Source: a candidate division WOR-3 bacterium (GTDB lineage Bacteria > Hydrothermota > Tepidihabitantia > B3-TA06). From it: DNA of 64,000 nt. The position numbers were made by a program, and so were the translations under genes. Below the pieces are notes generated by a model, which was given only the letters and a program-made list of their open reading frames with translations, made no database searches and was not told the origin of the DNA. Positions within the stretch are counted from its first letter, which is position 1. Each line of letters begins with the position of its first letter. This document shows positions 58,412 to 64,000 of this stretch, in pieces. Location of the stretch: the NCBI GenBank assembly GCA_965649265.1, contig CBFGKC010000006.1, positions 64,001 through 128,000 of the forward strand, in the 5' to 3' direction.

Positions 58412-59830
58412 TTAGCGTGTGACGGTAGACAAGTCAAAACGGGAAAACCCGGCGTCAGTGGCAATCCAGAGATAACGATCTTGCAGAGCTACTGCGGTGA
58501 CATTATCCGAAAGCAAACCGTCCTTTGATGTGAGGGAAAGCTGGTAGTTGGTTTCCGGATTGTATATGGTAACTCCGCCCTTGCCGCCGATTATTATGAG
58601 GCTGTCCGTTCCGGTTACCGAACGCTGCGGAACCGGCATAAATCCTGGGGTTACGTAATATGACCAGCCTGACCGCGATTGCTTGACCACAAGGGAGCCG
58701 GTCCAGAAATAGCGAGCGTTTTTGCCCCTAACTATCGCAAGTACGTCGTTTCGAACGAGTTTCATGCGTTCATCCTCAAGTGGAGCAGGAGAGCCTTTTG
58801 GTATTATTGCAAGCGTTATCCCATCCTCAGACGCAACGAAAAGCGAGTCTTTGTGAAAATCGACATCGTAAATTGTTTTTTGGGTGGTAATTGTTGACAG
58901 GGTTCTCGCCCCGAGATTATAAACGTCAATTTTCAGAGGGGCAAGAAGAAAGAGGTTTCCTTCTATAAGTCGAGCCTTATCATAGGTTGTCAGGCGGAGG
59001 TTCCCGGCGATGCCGTCGCTCCAGGCGGGCTGAGGACTGGTCGTGGTTCCCCAACGTGAAAATGCCCGAAATACAGTACTTCCGTTTCTCTGAACTAACT
59101 GATCTACTCCGTTCGTACCGAAGGCGTAAAGCGAGGTATCCGAACTGAAAAAAGAACTTACATCTACAGCTCCAGGGCTTTGGTATCGTAAGAGCTCGCG
59201 CCAGGAGAGCGCGTCAAATACCAGATATCCATACCCCGGTACTGATACGTAGGCCCTGTTCCTGAATTTGAAAACCATGGTGTAGGAGCGCTGCATGAGG
59301 GCATCATCGGTAAAAAACCACGGATTTAAATAAGGGTAACTGCGTGGTTTACTCTCAGGGGTATTCGGCCCGAACCAGTGAGTTGTCGAATCAGGTTCAA
59401 CGTTTTTCTCCTGGCCGGAGAGCTTCTCGACAGGCTGTACAAACGAGCCGTGGTCCAGAAACAGGTATTCGTTCGAGAGTCCAATTTTTGAGACAGGTGA
59501 GACTTTTGAAAGAATTATAGAACTTGTAATTCCACTCTGCGGTTGGAAAGTGTAAAGCCTGCCTTCTGTCGTGACGACCCAAAACCCGATAATGCTGCGG
59601 TCGTATATCGCCATTGATATGTTTTGAGGCAGCCCCCTCTCTGCTCCAAATGTCTCTCCGGGCAGGTTAGTGGAGGCGTCAAGTGTTAGTATTGACGTCC
59701 TGGTTACGGCGTATACGCTGCCGAAGACGTCATCGGCCGTGAAATTTCTTATTTCGTACAGCTTCGGATACTGCTGCCAGTCCGAGGGATTAAAGAAGTA
59801 TGCCAGAATCGAGAGCAGGATTGCGTTCAT
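58412..59830 (-). CDS. Hypothetical exported beta-propeller protein (Reg_prop/PorZ-like repeats)
   Basis: GLPQNI..., DGLLSDNVTAV...LWIATDAGFSRF; coupled to nnr by an ATGA overlap. Confidence 0.65.
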   Translation of the reverse strand: MNAILLSILAYFFNPSDWQQYPKLYEIRNFTADDVFGSVYAVTRTSILTLDASTNLPGETFGAERGLPQNISMAIYDRSIIGFWVVTTEGRLYTFQPQSGITSSIILSKVSPVSKIGLSNEYLFLDHGSFVQPVEKLSGQEKNVEPDSTTHWFGPNTPESKPRSYPYLNPWFFTDDALMQRSYTMVFKFRNRAYVSVPGYGYLVFDALSWRELLRYQSPGAVDVSSFFSSDTSLYAFGTNGVDQLVQRNGSTVFRAFSRWGTTTSPQPAWSDGIAGNLRLTTYDKARLIEGNLFLLAPLKIDVYNLGARTLSTITTQKTIYDVDFHKDSLFVASEDGITLAIIPKGSPAPLEDERMKLVRNDVLAIVRGKNARYFWTGSLVVKQSRSGWSYYVTPGFMPVPQRSVTGTDSLIIIGGKGGVTIYNPETNYQLSLTSKDGLLSDNVTAVALQDRYLWIATDAGFSRFDLSTVTR

Positions 59831-61419
59831 TTTTCATCCTTACAATGGCATTCATCACACTCTTCTTCATTATCATCCTCTTCCAGTGACGCGAAGGCCT
59901 GAGGAAGATAGCGAAGCAGGTCGCCGGCAAGCAAGGAGTGTTCGCCGATGTCCTCTATCGCTATATCAGCCGCTTTACCGTGAAGCCAGACGCCGAGCCG
60001 CGCGGCGGGGGAGAGGGGCATTTTTTGTGCAACAAGGCCGGCTATTATCCCTGTCAGAACGTCGCCGGTTCCTCCCGATGCGAGTCCCGAGTTTCCGGTC
60101 GAGTTAACCCAGGTTTCTGAGGGGCATCCGGTAACCGTCGGCGCGCCTTTGAGTGCAAGCACCGTTCCCCATTTTTTTGCATACTCCTCTGAAAGATCAA
60201 GTCTTTTCGAATCCACTTGCTTCGCATCCATGTCGGTCAGTCTTCCGAACTCTCCGGGATGCGGTGTCAGAATAAGTGGGGGCTTCTTTCCTTCGAGTAA
60301 TCCAGGCTCCGAGGCAATGGCGTTGATTCCGTCAGCATCGATAATCAACGGTTTCTTCCACTGCTTGAAGAGTTTCTTGACAAGTTCCACCGTTTCAGGA
60401 TGAGTGCCGAGTCCTGGACCAATTGCCAGAACGTTCACGTCCTCCACCATTGACATTATTTCCTCTAGCGCTTTCGATGAGATGTGGCCGTCGCCTGTAT
60501 CTGCCAATGGTTTTTTGACGACCTCCAGGAGAGAGGAATCGAATACGCCGCTCATGGTTGCCGGGAATCCGAGGTAAACGATTCCGGCGCCGGACCTTCC
60601 TGCCGCCTCGCAGGCAAGCCGCGCGGCGCCGCTCATGCCCTGGGAACCTGCAACAACGAGAACCTTGCCGAAGGTCGCCTTGTTTCCCCAGGGGACGCGA
60701 GAAGGAACTAGGAGGGAGGCGTCTTCGGACGTCATAAGTCGCAAATGCCCCTCGCCATCAAAGATCGCGCCAGGTATACCGATATCTGCAACCCACACCT
60801 CGCCGCAGTATTCCATGGTTGGATAAAGCACATGGCAGGGTTTCAGGTAAGCCATTGTGACCGTTACATCCGCTTGAACCGCAGTCCCTGGTTTTTCAAG
60901 CATGCCGTCAGCCTCGATTCCTGACGGCAAGTCGACGCTCACGACGAAACCCTCAGACTCGTTTACGAGTTCTATCGCCTTTTGAGCGAGTTCATCAGGC
61001 TTACCCTTGAATCCTGTGCCGAGAATCGCGTCCACGACCACGTCAAACGAATCGATATCGTCAATCCACGAAGCCAGGCCGTCCTCATCCAAGACCTCGT
61101 CTATGGGCAATCCCATCTTCTCGGCTATTCTCGCATTGGTAAGGGCATCGCCTTTCAGGTCGTCCACCCTGGCAAGCAGAATGATTTCGACGAACGCACC
61201 CCTGTTGGCCAGGTGGCGGGCCACGACGAATCCGTCGCCGCCGTTGTTACCTTTTCCGCAAACCATAAGAGCCCTTAAGCCGTCCGTGCCCAGGTACTCC
61301 TCGATGGTTTCGGCGACCGCACGGCCCGCGTTTTCCATGAGTAAAATTGTGGGTATCCCGAACTCGCTGGACGCGCGTTCATCTATTCCGCGCATCTCGT
61401 CGCGTCTCACAATACGCAT
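59827..61419 (-). CDS. nnr: Bifunctional NAD(P)H-hydrate epimerase/dehydratase
   Basis: LMENAG, GKGNNGGDG, DAILGTG, GPGLG, LTPHPGE, GGTGDVL. Confidence 0.95.
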   Translation of the reverse strand: MRIVRRDEMRGIDERASSEFGIPTILLMENAGRAVAETIEEYLGTDGLRALMVCGKGNNGGDGFVVARHLANRGAFVEIILLARVDDLKGDALTNARIAEKMGLPIDEVLDEDGLASWIDDIDSFDVVVDAILGTGFKGKPDELAQKAIELVNESEGFVVSVDLPSGIEADGMLEKPGTAVQADVTVTMAYLKPCHVLYPTMEYCGEVWVADIGIPGAIFDGEGHLRLMTSEDASLLVPSRVPWGNKATFGKVLVVAGSQGMSGAARLACEAAGRSGAGIVYLGFPATMSGVFDSSLLEVVKKPLADTGDGHISSKALEEIMSMVEDVNVLAIGPGLGTHPETVELVKKLFKQWKKPLIIDADGINAIASEPGLLEGKKPPLILTPHPGEFGRLTDMDAKQVDSKRLDLSEEYAKKWGTVLALKGAPTVTGCPSETWVNSTGNSGLASGGTGDVLTGIIAGLVAQKMPLSPAARLGVWLHGKAADIAIEDIGEHSLLAGDLLRYLPQAFASLEEDDNEEECDECHCKDEK

Positions 61420-61496
61420 GTTACCTCTCCCTTTGTGTATCTATTTTTTCTTCTTGTCCTGAAAATTCTTGCCTGTGCCGGATAGTGCAGAAAGGC

Positions 61497-62561
61497 TCAT
61501 CCGTAGAAGTACTGGTAAGAGAGCGAGCGTATTACGTCTCCGGAACGATCCTTGCTTATCTCCTCCAGAATATGTCCCTTGTCATCGTAGCGTAGATCGA
61601 CGAATCCGTAAGGCTTGTTGCGCTCGTCGTGCCAGATTATCTTTATAGGCTCCTTTCCTTCTTTATCGTACTTGTACTCCCATGATTTCGTACGCCTTTT
61701 GTTGCTGTCGTGCCATTCCTTTTTAAGAAGGCGGCCTTTGCGGTCGTACTGGAATTCAATCGTATTTAAAATCTCGTTCTGGGAGTTACGGGTAATTTCC
61801 TTGGTAATCTTTCCGTCCTTGCTTACTTCCCTGTCGAAAACCTGCAGGGTGACACCCGAACGATCTATGTGTATTTCCTGAACCAGGACCCCGTCCTTGT
61901 CGTAAATCATCTGTTGTGTGCGGACAGGCTGTCCTGCGGTGTCGAAGAAAACCATTCTCGTGAGACGATCCCCGTCGTACTCGTAGCGGCATATCTCGTT
62001 TACGCGATCGTTGAGAACCGTGCGGCGTTCGACCAGTCGGTTGCCCGATCCCTTTGGAGGAGGGGGAGGGGGTGCTGAAAAAGAAGCCTGGCCTTGAGGC
62101 TGGGGTTGTGGAGAAGCGGTTCTTGTGTCCTTTGCTTGCGTTTTGGCCTGCGGCTGCAGCTGAGGCTCCGGAGCGCGCTGTTTGGCGGCAATGGCGGGCG
62201 AAAGCGTCGGCATGGCATCCCTGCGCGGATGTTCGTCTCCCTGTTTGAGCGATAAGCGAAGTCTGGATTCCAGATGTGTTTCAAGATGATCTATGAGCTT
62301 TACGGCCTTTTCGAGGTCGTTGGACTCGATAACGGCCAGCGTAATTTCGTTAAGTATCTCGACCTGGAATTCGTGAGCGGCAATCTTGATAAGCTCGGGA
62401 GAAATGGATTCGCGCGCGGCCGCAAGATGCACTTCCACCCTCTGGCTGAGCTTGCGGTTTTCCTCAAGAAGATCCGCAATGCGTTTGGCCAGTTCTTCCT
62501 GTTCTTTTGCCAGGTCCTGGTACTTTAAATAATCTTTTTCGGGATCGTACTTAGAAGCCAT
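61497..62561 (-). CDS. Hypothetical protein: coiled coil, Pro/Gln linker, YD-like repeats (alternative GTG start at 62573)
   Basis: Repeated YDxxG units (YDKDG, YDRKG, YDKEG, YDDKG). Confidence 0.7.
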   Translation of the reverse strand: MASKYDPEKDYLKYQDLAKEQEELAKRIADLLEENRKLSQRVEVHLAAARESISPELIKIAAHEFQVEILNEITLAVIESNDLEKAVKLIDHLETHLESRLRLSLKQGDEHPRRDAMPTLSPAIAAKQRAPEPQLQPQAKTQAKDTRTASPQPQPQGQASFSAPPPPPPKGSGNRLVERRTVLNDRVNEICRYEYDGDRLTRMVFFDTAGQPVRTQQMIYDKDGVLVQEIHIDRSGVTLQVFDREVSKDGKITKEITRNSQNEILNTIEFQYDRKGRLLKKEWHDSNKRRTKSWEYKYDKEGKEPIKIIWHDERNKPYGFVDLRYDDKGHILEEISKDRSGDVIRSLSYQYFYG

Positions 62562-62662
62562 GGATTGTCTCACTGGTTGTTGTCATACGCTAACTATACC
62601 AAGCTTAAGTGCCCTTGTCAAGCTAAATAAAATGCCCCCTAAAAGTCGAATGACGACATTTA

Positions 62663-62701
62663 GGGATCCCGAGAAGTCAGTTTCGGACTTCTCGGGGTCC
62701 C
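62663..62701. terminator. Long hairpin downstream of the 62706 gene
   Basis: GGGATCCCGAGAAGTC...GACTTCTCGGGGTCCC. Confidence 0.55.
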
Positions 62702-62705
62702 GGAT

Positions 62706-64000
62706 TCATTTCACAATTATAACCTTGCAGATTCGGCAAGGATCTACATCGGGGACTATGAAATACACGCCTGCCTCGTGTCCTTTACCCCATTTGAAAG
62801 TGCCTTGTGTTTGAGATGGTTTTATTTTGTCCACCTTGCGGCCGGATGCGTCGTATACATCGGCTTGAAAACCGCTGGGATGTCCCGAGTATTGCAGCAC
62901 TATCTCCTTACCGATGGGGGAGAGGAGTTGCCAGGCTGTTATTTGCTCGACAGCAGGTTTTTCCGCGACTCCTACGTTGCCAAGGGAATCGGTCTTAATA
63001 AGACAGATTTTGTAAATACCGCTTTCCGAGGTCATAACCTCTCCGGTAATAATAAAACCCTTATCCTGGGTTTCCTGGACACTGAATCCTCTGTTCCATG
63101 AGTTTTCGCCGAATTGTTTTGTCCACTGAAAGTTTCCATTTTTATCTAACTTAAGGAGGAGCAGAAAAGTTCCGTGATCGGTCCTGAAAATTCCGGTTGC
63201 GGCTAAACCGCCGTCATATGTCTCATCACAATCATAGGCCTGCAGAGAATCTCTTGCAAAAGACCAGACTGTATCCCCCAGTTCATCGAGCTTGAGTATC
63301 CATAAAGCCTGCCCGCCGTTTTTCCAGCCTGCAACATAGTACCCACCTTCGGTCTGGTGTATGGAGTAGCCCTTTTCTCCTTCCGTGGACAAGCCATGGC
63401 TTTTTGCCCAAAGGAGATTGCCCTTATCATCGGTCTTGACAACGCCCAGATGAAAGGCTGAATCTCTGCCTGTTACAATAAAACCGTTATCTTCAGTTTT
63501 TGCGATACACAAACCTTCCAGCCCATACTGGTGCGTCCAGACCGTATCGCCGTTCTTGTCGAACTTCATGATAGTCCAGGGGGTGCCTGTTGCAGCATAT
63601 CCGTCTGCCGTTTCGATTACACATTCGCCATAAGAAAAACCACTATTATTGCCAATCGCCTGAGTCCATAAAGTGTCGCCATAAGGGTTCGTTTTTATCA
63701 ACCACAAATGAACCGTCTGCCAGCCACCCGCACAACTACCCACGAGCGTATATCCTTCGTCAGTTGTTTGGATGACAGAAAGGCCTTTACCGCCGTAAGC
63801 TTTTGAATCCTTGTATGTTTTAGACCATTGGATTTCGCCCAAAGGATCGGTTTTCAGGAGGCAGGTTCCGGCTACTATATATCCTCCATCCTTTGTTTGC
63901 TTGACGGAGTATCCTGAATTGAAATCAGCGTCACCGTAAGTTTTCATCCAGCCGGCAACACTCGACAGAGGGAATATCAGCAACCCAAGAACCGTCAAGA
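62706..64000 (-). CDS. Secreted beta-propeller protein with short T9SS-like C-terminal domain (5' end runs off the window)
   Basis: Same repeat family as 53632-55314; C-terminal VYDASGRKV...GVYFI...KVIIVK. Confidence 0.85.
   Translation of the reverse strand, partial: LTVLGLLIFPLSSVAGWMKTYGDADFNSGYSVKQTKDGGYIVAGTCLLKTDPLGEIQWSKTYKDSKAYGGKGLSVIQTTDEGYTLVGSCAGGWQTVHLWLIKTNPYGDTLWTQAIGNNSGFSYGECVIETADGYAATGTPWTIMKFDKNGDTVWTHQYGLEGLCIAKTEDNGFIVTGRDSAFHLGVVKTDDKGNLLWAKSHGLSTEGEKGYSIHQTEGGYYVAGWKNGGQALWILKLDELGDTVWSFARDSLQAYDCDETYDGGLAATGIFRTDHGTFLLLLKLDKNGNFQWTKQFGENSWNRGFSVQETQDKGFIITGEVMTSESGIYKICLIKTDSLGNVGVAEKPAVEQITAWQLLSPIGKEIVLQYSGHPSGFQADVYDASGRKVDKIKPSQTQGTFKWGKGHEAGVYFIVPDVDPCRICKVIIVK

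Noticed and set aside
61497-62573. Rhs toxin
   Set aside because: No Rhs core, no DPxG motif, no toxin or immunity gene

Overview
Bacterial chromosomal window of about 50% GC. It probably comes from an anaerobic FCB-related candidate lineage such as WOR-3/TA06; this is an inference from the PorV-like gene, the GWxTD protein and several T9SS-type C-terminal domains. Housekeeping blocks (3' end of dnaK, dnaJ-rsmE-rpsU-mutS2-dnaG-rpoD; accA; pdxJ-secD-secF-pgpA-cinA; thpR-Na/Pi symporter-phoU-like; ispF-rhomboid; pruA; nnr) alternate with accessory genes: a TetR-controlled Lol-like ABC system, lipoproteins, tandem SDRs, NfeD, AT-rich singletons and secreted beta-propeller proteins. Most notable observations: (1) an intact hgcA-hgcB mercury-methylation pair heading a putative operon with adenosine deaminase, a kinase and a SAM methyltransferase, with a possible upstream in-frame CxxU (selenocysteine) extension; (2) a 10-mer, CCCGTAACAC, at 8 or more loci, including irregular tandem arrays and copies inside coding sequences (dnaG, hgcB, nfeD, a secreted protein); (3) a stand-alone candidate sRNA (promoter and terminator, ~40193-40318) that carries this motif and shares 17 nt exactly with an hgcB loop; (4) sigma70-like promoters with mostly 16-bp spacers, many apparently leaderless; (5) several families of structured intergenic repeats, some bracketing AT-rich genes. 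No tRNA, rRNA, CRISPR array or intact transposase/integrase was recognised. All calls were made by eye, without database searches.
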